A DNA stretch of 64,000 nt from positions 20,138,754 through 20,202,753 of the forward strand of contig OZ316896.1 of the NCBI GenBank assembly GCA_973895155.1. The letters run 5' to 3'. Origin of the DNA: Marsupella aquatica (taxonomy: Eukaryota; Plantae; Marchantiophyta). Position numbers and translations under genes: made by a program. The notes below the pieces were generated by a model. It did not search any database and was not told the origin of the DNA. It saw only the letters and a program-made list of their open reading frames with translations. Below, piece after piece: positions 41,202-54,804 of the stretch. How positions within the stretch are numbered: the first letter of the stretch is position 1; each line of letters starts with the position of its first letter.

Positions 41202-43691
41202 ATGCAGTCTGTGTCTTATGGCACCCTGAGTGCGGGAGCCGGATGCCGGGTTGTAGCAGAGGCTGAGCGTCTGTCATGGAGCTCGTCGCAGCAGTATGGG
41301 AAGAATTCTCTGGACTGCAATAATTCGGTTCGAGGGCGAGATAGGGCTATCTCTCTTGCCTGCCCTGTGAAGCTAAGGGCTGCTCTCGGACTTGGCCCGA
41401 ATGGCGGGCCGGTAGGTCTGTCGACGAAGGAGCGTGGGAGTTATTTGAAAGTGTTGTCTAGTTTGATCACTGACCCCTCGGACAGGTCCATGCTGTCAGC
41501 AGAGCAGAAGGTCAATGATTTGGTAGCAAAGCAGGCCTCCATGTTTCAGGAACAGATGAAGCGGGGACTTACAGGTTCTGACTTGCAAACGAGCCAGAGA
41601 GTGACAATTACTCCGGATTTGCTGGTCGAGGCCTATGCCCGCTGCGGGGAGGTGTGCGCGGAGTACGCCAAAACCTTCTACCTTGGTATTTTCTCATGTT
41701 CCTCACCGCCCCTCCCACCAGCTGTCATTGTGACTATGTCACTCTAGTCGGAGTCTAAAAATCTTGAAAGAGTGTTAGTTCACTTGCATGCAGGTCCATA
41801 ATTTTCTATACACTTCTGCATGGAGGTTTCGGATCGGTTACTCTTTCGGGTCCACATTTCCGTCTTCCCATGCATGCATTGTAGTATGGTTTTGTTGCCT
41901 CATCAGTGTTCTCTTATTTGAACGAAGTGGATACGGCCGTTCCTCTGGTTGTCGTGTCTGCCAAATTCCTAAGACGGGGTGTTTGTTTGGAAATCAGGAA
42001 CGAAGCTGATGACCCCTGCTCGACAGAGAGCCATTTGGGCCATATATGGTAACGACCGACTACTTAATTGGCTGTCCTACTGTATTTTTTCTCGGATTAT
42101 AAATTCGCTCTCCCAACTTAAATCAGTTCCCTGCTCTCTTTTTGGAGGGTGAATGGAAAAGGTAGTTTTATGTGACATGCAGCAGTTCTGCAGCTTGGGC
42201 GGACCATGGGAAGGTTCTCAATTTAATTTTAGGCTGGGATGACATTAGATAGTCTTGAGCTGGTCAAGGTTTCGCTTGCTTTAGTCGCCTCTCTGATTGT
42301 TCTCCTCCCTCTTGCAGTGTGGTGCAGGAGAACTGATGAATTGGTTGATGGACCCAATGCCTCACGCATCACCCCGACAGCCCTAGACCGGTGGGAGGAA
42401 AGGCTTGAAGACATTTTCCGGGGCCAGCCTTACGACATGCTGGATGCTGCATTATCCGATACCGTCTCTAGGTTTCCCGTCGATATTCAGGTATAGCCGG
42501 TGACCAGGTTTTATGTTGTTGCTAAGCATGTTAATCGTTCGGCCCTATATTAATTCTTTTGAGGAATGGCCGAATTGTTTAATACGCTCCAACTCCACTT
42601 CAATTGGCGATATCTCGAGAGATAGTAATTGCAACGGTTCATGATTGTTATTCTGATTTTTTCGAGCGTGTGTGCAGCCGTTCCGTGACATGATAGACGG
42701 GATGCGTATGGACTTGGTGAAGTCTCGTTACCAGACATTCGATGAGCTGTATCTGTACTGTTACAACGTGGCCGGTACAGTCGGTTTGATGAGCGTACCA
42801 GTCATGGGAATTGCTCCAGATTCGAAGGCCACAACTGAAAGCGTTTACAGTGCCGCTCTGGCGTTAGGAATTGCAAACCAGCTCACGAATATTTTGCGAG
42901 ACGTCGGTGAAGAGTGAGTTATCTGATGCTCAGCTGGTCAGAGGGTTCTGTGACTTTAATTCGATATCTTGAAAATATTTCATTGGCAGTGCAGACCAGG
43001 ACTTGAGAGAGCCGGGCCATGGTATAAATTGTATTGAGTGTCACGAATAGGGTCTTTAATGAGATTTAGATGTCGTTGTCATGCTGCTTTGAGAGTGATT
43101 GAATTTAATATGGCCCCAGCCCTTGCAGATGAATTGCATCCATCGTTTATCAAGCCCTGTCAAGTTGCTAATTTTCAACTTGTGGGTTTGCAGTGCTCGT
43201 AGACACAGAATATATCTTCCACAAGACGAACTGAAGAAATTTGGATTGTCAGACGAAGATATTTTCGGTGGAGTGGTAACTGACAAGTGGAGAGCCTTCA
43301 TGAAGGACCAGATTGCCAGAGCTCGGATGTTTTTCAAACAGGCCGAGGCTGGTGTTGGGGAATTGGACAAGGACAGCCGATGGCCGGTAGGTCTCCCCGT
43401 TTTTGAAAGTCGAAAGCAGCTTGAAGTAATTCTTTTACTGGAAGTCTTAAGTCTATGAATATTCTAGGTACACACGTTTCTAATTGTAGCGATGCTGGCA
43501 TATCGTAGGTCTGGGCATCTCTGATCTTGTACCAGAAGATTTTGGATGGCATTGAAGCCAACGACTACGACAACTTCACGAAGCGTGCATATGTGGGAAA
43601 ATGGAAGAAGTTCGTATTGTTGCCAGCTGCTTATGGAAGAGCTCTCGTTAAGCCACCTTCTTCAACTGCTCCGAGGCTTATCAGAGCTTGA
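41202..43691 (+). CDS. PSY: Phytoene synthase, plastid-targeted, 439 aa. Exons: 41202-41685, 41998-42048, 42318-42490, 42678-42913, 43194-43386, 43509-43691
   Basis: Motifs [44 protein letters not shown] and [10 protein letters not shown] are present. Internal exons of 51/173/236/193 nt match the canonical plant PSY structure. The Ser/Arg-rich N-terminal extension is consistent with a transit peptide. Confidence 0.97.
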
Positions 43692-43779
43692 GAACAGTCC
43701 TTGCTGCTTATGGAAGAGCTCTCGTTAAACCACCTTCTTCAACTGCTCCGAGGCTTATCAGAGCTTGAGAACAGTCCTT
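43626..43779 (+). repeat. 77-bp tandem duplication spanning the PSY stop codon
   Basis: 43626-43702 and 43703-43779 differ at a single base (AAGCC vs AAACC). Confidence 0.95.
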
Positions 43780-46337
43780 CACAATCTCTCCCTCGTGCGT
43801 TTCTCATTAGACATATGCCTTGTCACCGATGTCTTGCCCCCATTAGTTTGAGCCTCTAACCAGATTCAGTGGCTCGAGCAGAATGCGCTCGAGTCTCTTG
43901 TTCCTCGTTTTAGGGAAGGAACTATTGTAGCATACGTAGGTTTTTCACCATTGAATGGTCCACATATTCATCCGCTAAGAAGCTGCTGATCAACACCTTG
44001 ATCAGAGAGTAAGAAATCGACAGCGAGGCTTTAATCCCAGAGTCTTAGAGTACTTCTCGTGTAACGTAGTTGCCTCATTCTGGCACTCATGTAATATATC
44101 ACACAGTCAAATTCAAAATCGGATAGCTTTTACACCCGTCAGAAGCTCTCATTTGGCCATCTATCATCCTGGATTTCTGCTTGCAAGCACCGGAAACTAT
44201 GGTAGTTATCTGATTGCTTACGAGGCTCCTCTACCAGATGCACTTGTTTATAATTGCAGAATGTTCTTCTAAAGTGGGCTGCTGGCTCGCTGTCTGTCCG
44301 GTATCCGCGTTTTGGAGGGAAAAATGTACCGTCATCAGAAAGTTTGATCAAATGGCAAGGTAACATTATGATACTGTTGCACATTGCCCTCAATTGAATC
44401 TGTGGATATGTCCTAGTGACATTTTACAAAAGGGTGAGCTTGTAGTCTTGGAAAGTAACTTTCTACGACCACTTCGCGCATCCTGAATCTATTCGTAGAC
44501 TTGTAAATTTGGTGTAGCAGCTCTGTTCCTTCGAGCGGGGCATGTGAACTCGTTTACACAAGATGGCTCGTAAAATCTTGAAATTGTTCAGTATGAAATC
44601 GGGGTTTCGGGATTTGGATCTTTATGGAGTGTTCCCTCCTGCTCGAAAGTGTCCATTTCCAAGACAGTGCTCTGGGGACTACTTTTGACTCCGCAGATCT
44701 CCATCAACTGGATGTTTACTACCCAAATCTCTGCACCGATGCAAGTCTGGGACACCAATTCATCAGGCAAGATACTCACAAGAACGTTCTGGTAGTCCAC
44801 CTTTCACTTCCGTTACCAATTAAATCTGTTTCTTTGTTTTAGGGAGTCAAACACCTTCGACTAGTACCCCGAACACCCTGAAGTGAAGCTGAAGCGTCTC
44901 CAGCTTGTCACAGCATTGTGAGACTTTCACCCATGCTTGACTGGGCCCCGATTCCGAATTCTTAGACGACTGCACCAGGTGCATGCGTTGAGAGACTCAC
45001 GCTTTTGACTAGAGGGTTTGAACTGGAAAAGAGTCTATCAGAAGAGTAAACACACCAGATGGGGTACACTACATGCTTGCCAAGAAACGAGAATTCCATC
45101 CCTAAGGTCAATGAGTCATGGTTTCACTAAGCAACATGACCGAAGTCACCTTTGATGTTTTCCGTTTGACTTCGCTAGTGGATTCAATTTTCCATTTCAC
45201 ATTGACCTGTTCAAGAGAGATGTGTGTGATCAGATTTTCTCAAAACATATTTGGTAGTGGAGGGAAGTAGCGTAGGGTTTAAGCTTAGTCCAATGACCCA
45301 AGGTGGGCAAATAGTCTGTAGATTACATCTTAAACTTTCTAGTTTGGGGTGGACAGGGATTAAATTTGGTTCGAAAACATTTGGGGGCACTATACAAAAC
45401 GAGCGGAAGGTTGCATCTCTCAATCTCCTCAGAAGATGATGGTCTTTGGCCAAAGTTTCCAGAAAAGGCAAGCTGCATATCGCTCTATGCTGGGCTCCCT
45501 ATTCCCTCCATTGGGTTCAAAGAAGCTATGTCCTTTACAAAAGGCGAGGAGGCCACTTGGTGTGAAAGTTTACTGACCCTAGTCAGAGTGAAGTGGGTAC
45601 CTGGCTTTTTGTCTGCCTGTTCTTGTTTGTCGTGTCCTTGGTCTGTGGTTTAGACTATCTCTGGAGGTGGTCCAAAAATCTGATTTAGAGGACATCCTTA
45701 TTTTTAGCTGCCACATTACCATTGATATTAGTCTCTCCTTAGCCGTTGATTTCTTTCTGGTGTTTTGGTTTGGGTGTCCAGTGGACTGCTATGGGAAAAT
45801 GGGTGCACAAGTTGTTCATGCTATTAACTATTCGTTTAGTATTTGCTTTCTGGTTCATTTTGTCACCCAGAGTGGAGTACACTTACTACCAACTGCTTGG
45901 CAATCGTGTGTGGAATGGTTTATGATTTTGTGCTTAGCTTGGTGTCTGGTCTTTCTTGTAAAGTGCCCCCTTAACACTCTGCAGCTTGAGTAATCAGATG
46001 GCCTCAACAAGTGCCTTTTGAAAGTATCTCTAGCTCTCCCCCATTTGGGTTCATGAGGCTTTCTAGCAGGAAACATGAAAAAATTTGACTAACAAGTAGA
46101 GAGTGCCTCAATAGCTCTCCCACATGTGGGTTTACTGGGCAAGCTTTAGGGAAACATGATTTTTTATACGGACAAGACTCATTATGAAGGATGAGATCTT
46201 CAAGCCATCTTACATATCACTTACATGGATGATTTGATTAGTCAGCATGCATCAATATGCATAGTTGGGAACCAAATACACCAGGAGCCAGTTGAACCAT
46301 GCTTCTAACACTTGTGTCCACCCGGAGGCATAGGATA

Positions 46338-46555
46338 GGGTTTTGTATTGCCATTCATCATTAGATTACATATTTTCTAGACCTGAAAAGTTGCCAATAG
46401 GAATTAGTATTGTAATGCATCAATTGTACACAGTCACGGAAACATTGGGTCTTGTATTGCCATTCATCATTAGATTATATATTTTCTAGACCTGAAAAGT
46501 TGCCAATAGGAATTAGTATTGTAATGTATCAATTCTACACAGCCACGGAAACATC
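46338..46555. repeat. 109-bp tandem duplication
   Basis: GGGT.TTGTATTGCCATTCATCATTAGATTA...CACGGAAACAT occurs twice with few mismatches. Confidence 0.9.
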
Positions 46556-49500
46556 CACATAGCTTAATCTAGCTCCCATTTCATAGCCCACATTATTCCA
46601 GGAGAATGCTCAATTGCTTGTTTCACACGAGTCACCTGTGCTTGGATTGAGGGTTTGTTAAGGTCATTATTGATCTCTTGGAGCATTATGAGTAGAGTAT
46701 CCAAAGGGGACGGTCCCAACGACAGCTAAATCAAAGTCACAAGAATGTGAGAAAAGAGGATACGTAAAAGCTCGACCATCAATAGCCTTGTGTACGTTGT
46801 TATGTTGTTTTATATTGGTAGATGACCTCAGTCTCTCCAAGGAAACTGATTGAGGTTTTAAATCACAAGTCCTGGTGCTTGTGCAATGCACGAAAATACC
46901 CCCCATGATTAACGTCCCTAAAGTCACAATACCCCCCATGATTAACGTCCCTCAAGTCACAGTCTAAAGGCTTCAGTCTAGACTTAGACCCTGACCCTGT
47001 GTGCCATATCATTCAAATCCCCTCCCGAGTGGTGCCCCTTTGCATGCTGGTGGGTCTACAATATATCTATTGTGCCTTGTATCTCTACCCCTTGCAAAAA
47101 GTATAAATAGTATGTTGCCTAAAAATTGCAGCAGCCCAAGTGAAGCAAAGGACCACGGTAGATGGCAGGCAAAGTTGGTAGTGCAGTTGGTAGCCTTGAC
47201 CTTGAAGACCAGTCCTTCATTTTTAGTCTTGGAACTGGAAGAGATCATCTTAAATAATTATAATTTTACACGAGATCAACTAAGGTGTGATATTATTGAC
47301 AATGAACTTTCATGGTTCTGCTTCTTAGAGAGTACTTGTAACTTGGATTCTATTTCTTCTTGGAGTTACAGACATCTTTGGAAGAGCTAGCCTGAAACGC
47401 CTTTGCCACTTTCCTCTATAAATCTGCCCCAACTTTAGAAATGCACCTAAATTGACTTATTTGAGTTTGCACAAAATTCAAAATGATTTATCTAAGTTAA
47501 TATTTGAACATATTGTCCATGGCTACTAAGCCACACTTGAACCTTGGAAGTTGAAGCTTGGATGGACCTCCACTATTGCCGGACACCAGGATGGAGGTTC
47601 TCAACTGGGATGGACCACAGTGAAACTCCCTGTTTTGCTCAGATGATACATGTTACCCGAGCAAGTGAAATGTGTAATAAAAGAAGATAATCATCTTCGG
47701 AAATTTGTAGTCCTTAGAATTCTCAATAAGAGTGAGCAATATGGGGCTAGTTGGAAAGATCTTTCCAAGTCATTTGTAATTCCACTGCATATTGAAAGAG
47801 AAATTGAAAATAAAAATTTGCTGATAAAAATCTTTTGGAAGGTGGAAAAAAGTATAGTGAGTTATTAATCCTACATAGTGATTTCAAAGAAGTAATCTTT
47901 GAAAATTCATGGCTCTCTCAATTCCTAATGCAAGGTGGCGATATTAGACTAGTTGGAAAGATCTTTCCAAACACTTCAAACTAACCCAAGAACAACCACT
48001 TGTGCATTATGTAAACTAAGGGAGAAATTAAAGCTGCACTGATATAAAAAAACTCAAGCCGGAAATGTGAATAGTGAGTGACACTGTAATCTTTGAAAAT
48101 CTTTGCTGCTCAAAATTTTTCTGGAAGTATGAAGAGTGCAACAGAGGTTTGGGTAGATTTATGAAATTGGGGAGTTTTAGCTTCTTTGGGAGTCACTGCT
48201 CTACTGTCGAGGTTTCAGGTAAACTCTGGTTCCTTGGGACATGGTGATTGAGATTGCCACCGAAGAGCATAATCTAAACAACGCTCACATGCCGTGTCTG
48301 TCTCATAGCCTTCCAGCTGATGTCTACCATCTGTGAGCTCATCTGTGAGGAAAGAAAGATGTACTGTAATGAGGGCTATTCTACATTTCACCTGGCCAGG
48401 TGCTTTCATGAATTGCAGAATATGCAATTTTGTGGGTTCTTTTGGAGATTTGTCTGTCAAACAGTGAATCTTTCAGAAATAATCTGAGATTGTGGTAAAA
48501 TTGTCGCGTCGACGATACAGAATTGGAGGCTTGCACTACCAACTGCATCTACTTTTTTCCCTTGCACTTTCACTGAAGATGCTCTATGCAAGAGATGTAC
48601 CAGGCAACGTAGAACATTCATTGGCCGTGAGTCACAGAGCAAAGGTTTCCATTGTTCGTGGAGCATCTTCGAGTGCTGCACAGGCAAGCTAAACCTGGGA
48701 ACAAAACAGGTACATTATGTTTCTACAACAAGTGCGTAAGTGTCCTCTTAGAGAAAAAAAAACTCTCTCTGATCACAAGGCAACCTTAGGCTTTGATGAC
48801 GAAGTAGTCAGATTACAGGCAAGACTCGAGAACCAGCGCCAATGGGGTTGTCTTCTATGACCTCATGAAGATCGTCATACTTGCAGTGGAGGGCCTAAGA
48901 ACTTGACAATACTTAAACATCGATCACCCTCTGTCAATTCTGCAAGTTATCCGTAAAATGACGAACAACTCCGTAATTCGACCGAGAATCGTTTTCATTT
49001 TCATTTTCATTAGACCGTGCATTGTCGACAAAAAATGTGAGAAGAAAAGCTCTCCATTGAGAAAAGCTCTTTCATTACAAAAACCAAAGTTGCATCGTCC
49101 ACCGGAGAAGACTCATTTTCAAAACGTGCCCCATCACTCCTCAACGGATATGAGCCACAAGAGAATTCGACTGGTTACGTAAAAATGCTGCAGAGCTAGA
49201 ATCAGCGAAGAAGTTCCCAATTGATCTTCCATAAGAGAGCAATCGCCAATTCCCGTCACCATTTGAGTTTTTCTACAGGACTGAAGACGATAGGTAATCC
49301 GACCATCGAAACTACGAAAGTAATCAGAAATCTCCCGCCAGGAAATCAAACTGACCATAAGTGTTCTTTCTCATTCAAACACAGAGAATTGATTATGTAA
49401 CATAAAATCTCGCGCTCGCTCCCATCGTCAATCAGAACTGATCTCCTGAAGAGAAATTGAAAGTCTGTACCGAGACATGATAAATATAAGCGTCTTCGAA

Positions 49501-49753
49501 ACGCTTGATGATGGATTCTGTGGGCAAGACCTCTGGACAGCATTCCGAAAACTACAGTCGTCCCTTTCAGTGCACACTCCATAAGTGCAAACCTGGCTAA
49601 TTGCAAAGTGTCCCGTTCATTCTGTCCCATAATACTCTTTCATTCTAAACGGAGTTTGCACTTTTTTAAGTGCAAAAGGCCTGAATTTAGTTGTGCAAAC
49701 CCTCCATAAGTGTAAGGAACACTTGTTTGGGAAGTTCACAATCTTTCAAATTT

Positions 49754-50086
49754 TGTTGGGAAAACCAACACAATATGACCAAGAGCACAATCATCAAGCA
49801 TGCATACACCGGCACAAGATATACGTGATTCACCTTCATCAAGGTTATGTCCACGCAATGCAAAAAGAGCCTTTATTAAGCTTTGGTCACCATGGCCACA
49901 CCTAGCCTCAAACTCTACTCCTAGTGCCTAGCTAGCTCACTCCACAATGAGCATGAGTCTCCAAGAGGAGCTCTCCCTAGCCCCTCTATATACTAGATAA
50001 AAGAGTCATGACTAATCACTATTAACACCCTAATGGTGATTTAGCCTAAGTAACTAGAAGTGAACCCAAGACTATTAACCCTAACA
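49754..50086 (-). mobile_element. Solo LTR (333 bp), diverged relative of the 344-bp family
   Basis: TGTTG...CTAACA termini and a perfect TSD AATTT. It shares blocks with 30923-31266 (TTCACCT, AAAAGAGC, CTAGCTCA..CACAATGAGC, CTATATAC, CAAGACTA). Confidence 0.8.
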
Positions 50087-53000
50087 AATTTAAATTACTA
50101 ATAAGTGCATGACATTTTTAAGGAAATATTGCACTATGGGGTAGAAGACTAAATTTAGGATAGGGATGCACACTTTAGGGTGACTGTTCCTAGGGAGTAT
50201 AATTGCAGATGGGACAAACAATTGTAAGCATACACTCTTATTGATAAGTGCATAATTCTACAGTTTACACTTATCATGTAGTATAACACCCCATTTAGTG
50301 CACACCAGATGCCTATTCCCAGGATTGTGCACTTAGAGAGAGCTGTACACTAAATCAACCCCCATGTCCAGGATGACCAAGGCCTGATCCCTCTCCATGC
50401 ACTACTGTAGGTCTCTCAATGGTGGGATCCTGCTTGGTTAGTTTTGAAGCTTAGATTTAGGGCATTTGAGACCTGCTGTAGAAGGTCCCAGCAGGGACTT
50501 CCCTGAAGGGAGAAAGCAAGGAGTGACCTAGGGGGGTGACAGGAGAAACCATTGCCTTGCCTACTTAATAATGTTGCAATAAAATATTTTGAAAATTCAC
50601 AAGTCCCGTATCATAAGTTGGTGGTGTATGTTCCACTACACGGGGCTTCAGGCATGCATTATTATTCATAGGGCCAAGATGGTTGGTATTAGGACTTATG
50701 GACAAATTCCTCTCTGGGACCCTCCCAAGAAACAAACTCCTCGCTCCTTTACGCTTTTTCAGTTTGTTACTGCGTGGAGCTTTACTTTAGTTCTGCGGTT
50801 GTAGGGGACAATCTGGCTTTTCGACTCTTTGGCCTACTTGGGTTTTTCCCCTGGTTTCTCAACTTTATTGGATTTCTGGCCTTTGGAATCCTGTCTACAT
50901 GTGAGGCGCTTTTTTTCTTTGGCCGTTTTATATAAGTGGGGTTGATAAGAGAAGAGATCTATGCATGTAAGAACTAAAGCAACAGATGTCATTTATATAA
51001 AATTAGATGAAAATGGTAGAGCAATGGGTTTTGGAAAGAAATCAAAGATTCAAAACTAACCATCAAGACTCCCATTTTCACTGGATGAATTGAATTTATT
51101 AATGCTTTGCTATGAATGCATGATTAATTTTAGGGAGAAGATCTCTTTATGGCTGTACCAATCTTTCCAGAATGATTCTGACAGTTAGTCCACAGCCAAA
51201 AGTAGCCATGTAAGTACACTCCTTCAGTGCACCCCCAACACTGGAATTATGCATTTGATTACATATAGCATAGATAGTTACCAAAAAAATAGGGTCTTGG
51301 ATCTCGTAGGAAGAAACCCAGCCTCTGGCGGTGTTGCAATGTAGTTGAAATTGTCAAAATGCACAAATACAAGAACAGAAGTAAGCTATGGGAAGGTTTT
51401 CAGATCTGTCAGTACAGAAATGTCTAGGTGTCACTTAATGTGAGCCCTTGGAAACATGTAGCCTGACAGTGCAACAACATTATGTTTTTGCTGAGTAAAC
51501 ATGTGACAATCTAGGGGTGCTCTATAGATCTTTTCCTCGGGACCCAATATACTCATTTATCATTGTGTGAGGAAGATCAAGTTGATGCTAGAATGGACCA
51601 CAAAGTTGACTCGGATTACCAAGACTTTTTGCAACCAATAAAGGTGAGAATTTATACATGTAGTGCGCATACACATTGCTACACAACATACATCGCATGT
51701 TCCACACATCCAAAGATAGAGACAAACAAACATAGGAGAATGAAATACAAGTGGAACTCATGTCCACACATGTCCAACCCACAATAATCTTCAATGCCGC
51801 TCGGATCTCATGTCCAATTGCCTCCAAGATCTCAGAGGAGTTGGGGATAAAGGCTAGTATTTGATGAGTTTGAACAGAGACGAGGGCATCCCATGTGTGC
51901 TTCTAGGTGTACTAGCTTGTTCCTATGGAGAGCCTTTGCCCTCACTAAAATAAACAAGTCTTGCAGCAGGTGTTGGGTAATTCCTTTTAGATTCTTGCTC
52001 GGATTCTTGAACCCCATCAAATTTCTTATCGCCCTCACCATGCAGGCGACATTTCTTGTATGTCTCTTCTTCTTCTTCATTTTCGAAATGCGACCGTAAC
52101 CAACAATATACAATCAATCCTGCCCAATCCAATCACACATAAATGTGGAGCCAAACAAACCTTGCACTTTGAGGAATCTGTGTTACATGCATATAAATGT
52201 GGCCAACCACCATAGCTGCCAAAACTCATGCTTGACGGCTCAACATTGAAAGATGAAGCCAAGCCACAAGAAAGGATACCTATCCCTCCAAATGTAGAGA
52301 AACCCCTAAAGTGCTCAAATAGCACACATATGAAACTTCTAAACTCAGAAAACATTATATACTCTAAAAGTACTCATAATGGCATGACATACAAAATAAA
52401 GGCAATATATATGATATCAATCAAAGTTTCATGAGGATGACAGAACAAGTCAGTAGTATGTTAATGAAAGATTTTGCATCCACAATAAAGGTTATAATTC
52501 TTGCATTAATTTTGAAGTTTGATTTATCAAGAATATAACTAAAGAAGGCAGTGAAGGTAAATTCACCATCATATCTGTCAACTTTTGATGGCAGTAAAGG
52601 TAACACCTTAACTTCTGGAATGAGTTTGTCCATAAATTAGGACAGTTTGAGTTCCTATAATTATGAAGGAAGATCAACTTATTACTACCTCTCTGGTACA
52701 CTTTACATACAATTTAGAATGCTCTGGTATACTCAAAATTGTACTCAACTAGTCTGACTCAATGGCCTTTTTGGTCACAAGCTGGTTTTAAAATCAAAGG
52801 TATTGATGTAAATCTTACTTGCTTGGAAGATTTGATTTGTAATCCATTTACCACACCAAGTCATCACACCTGTGGGTGTGAACTGATCTTACCATGCATG
52901 GTATGTGACATCCTTCTTTCCATTCCTTGGGGTTCATGGGTTATAGAAGAGCTCTTTGTTGTTTTAATTGAACTCACTCAAGTCTTTAGAACTCTCCTTG

Positions 53001-53759
53001 ATTTGTTCTTCCTCAAGGACATGCTACTGTCAAAATTTTAACAGGGCTAGTTCCCACCCGTCATCACCTGTAGGTTTGCTGGTGGGACTAAGACGGCAGC
53101 CCGTCAAAGGGCTAATGGAAAGACAACAAAGCACAAGACAAACAGAAATACTACGAAGACAATCTAGATGGTAATGGTGTGCACATGGAGACAAAAGGGA
53201 GATGAGAAGGTAACAGTGGGTTTGGGTGGACTATTTCATTGCACACAAAGAACTTGTTTATTCAGGGCTAGTTCCCATTCTTGCTGCTGATGGTCCATGT
53301 CAAAATAGATTTGTTCTTCTTCAAGGGATGGCTGCCTTCAAAATTTTGACAGGGCTGGTTGTCAGCCTTCCTCACCTGGAGTATTGTTGCCATCTCAAAC
53401 ATCATTTTGGGTCATTTTTTTATGTTTATTTAATGTAGAATAGATGAGTGCAAATTTCCACAGCTGTTTGATGCCATTGATATGACACTAGACAATAATG
53501 TTCACCTAAAGTATTGGATATACAATCATATGAACATTAAAAGATACATACACCTAATGCAAAATGGAGGTCAATATTCAAAACACTTGTCAATTTGATA
53601 AACATTTATCACACTAACAAATTTTTGAGCATGAAATTGATCTAAAACACACTTTTGTGATGGCTGTGACTAAGGATGGCATCTCATAGGACACCTAATG
53701 GAAGATGATGATGGACCACAAGATGGACAGATGTGAGTGGGCAAGTGAGACGAGCAAAT

Positions 53760-54660
53760 GGAAGCTCTGAACCCAAACACATCAGTTGGTCTACCTTTTC
53801 ACATTGTCCTTCCTTCTCCATGTGCCCATTGCCATCCTTCTCCAATGGATGGGTACCGTCCACTATTTGACGGGGCTGACTGTCTGCCGTCAGCATCTGC
53901 AGTGTTACCACTGGGACTTAGATGGCAGACCGTCGGACAGCTAATGGAAGGATGCAGACCATGAGATGGACAGGCATGGGAAGACAGGAAAACCAAATAA
54001 AAGCTCCAAACCCAAACCCAGTAGTACCTCCCTACTCCTCACCCTCCAAACCCAAACCATGAGTACCTCCCTACTCCTCACCCTCCCTCCATCTATGTAT
54101 GTCCTACTATTTGTTCTTCCCCAATGGATGGGAGTCCGTCCAATTTTCAATGGGTGTGGTGCCAGCCGTCTGCACCCATGGTCTTGCCGCTGGGACTTGG
54201 ACGGCAGCCCGTCGGACATCGAATGGAAGGATGCTGGGACTTAGACGGCAGCCCGTCGGACATCTAACGGAAGGATGCTGGGACTTAGACGGCAGCCTGT
54301 CGGACATCTAACGGAAGGATGCTGGGACTTAGACGGCAGCCCGTCGGACATCTAACGGAAGGAGGACCCGTCGGGCCTCTAATGGAAAGACTGCAGACCA
54401 AGGGATGGGCAGGCATGAGAAGACCAAAAGAAAAGCTCTAAACCCAAACACGCTACTCCTCATCGACTCCTTCTCACCCGTCAGTCCATCTCCGTTACCG
54501 TCCTTCACCAACGGACGGGATGCAGTCCAATTCTCAACGGGGCTGTCCGTCAGCCGTCTGCGTCCACAGTCTTGCGGCCGGGACGTCGACGGCAGCCCGT
54601 CGGACAGGTAACGGAAAAACGAGGGAGCACGAGACGGGCAAGACGTGGGGAGACGAAATA
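53760..54660. repeat. Three diverged ~250-bp units upstream of SIN3; the middle unit contains 4 x 44-bp tandem copies (54189-54364)
   Basis: AAGCTC..AACCCAAAC...CCAA(T/C)GGA(T/C)GGG...GGGAC(TTA/GTC)GA(C/T)GGCAG.CCGTCGGACA recurs, and a partial copy lies at ~53080-53120. The 44-bp period starts at 54189, 54233, 54277 and 54321. Confidence 0.88.
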
Positions 54661-54804
54661 AATGGAACTGCGCACACGGCGACAGACGGCGGGTGAGAAT
54701 GAGCAGACGAGTCGAAGTGAGTGTTTTCGGGAAGACGGAGCTTTTTCCTCCGTCGCTCCGCTGCTGCCACTGTATGGACTGCGTCGGTATTGGTATTGAG
54801 GTTT

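Noticed and set aside
51560-52360. Transposase remnant (Cys-containing fragments on the minus strand)
   Set aside because: Too decayed to assign, with no catalytic motif recognisable; needs a translated search.
54189-54364. 44-bp repeats as CRISPR or iterons
   Set aside because: Head-to-tail copies without spacers, nested inside larger repeat units.
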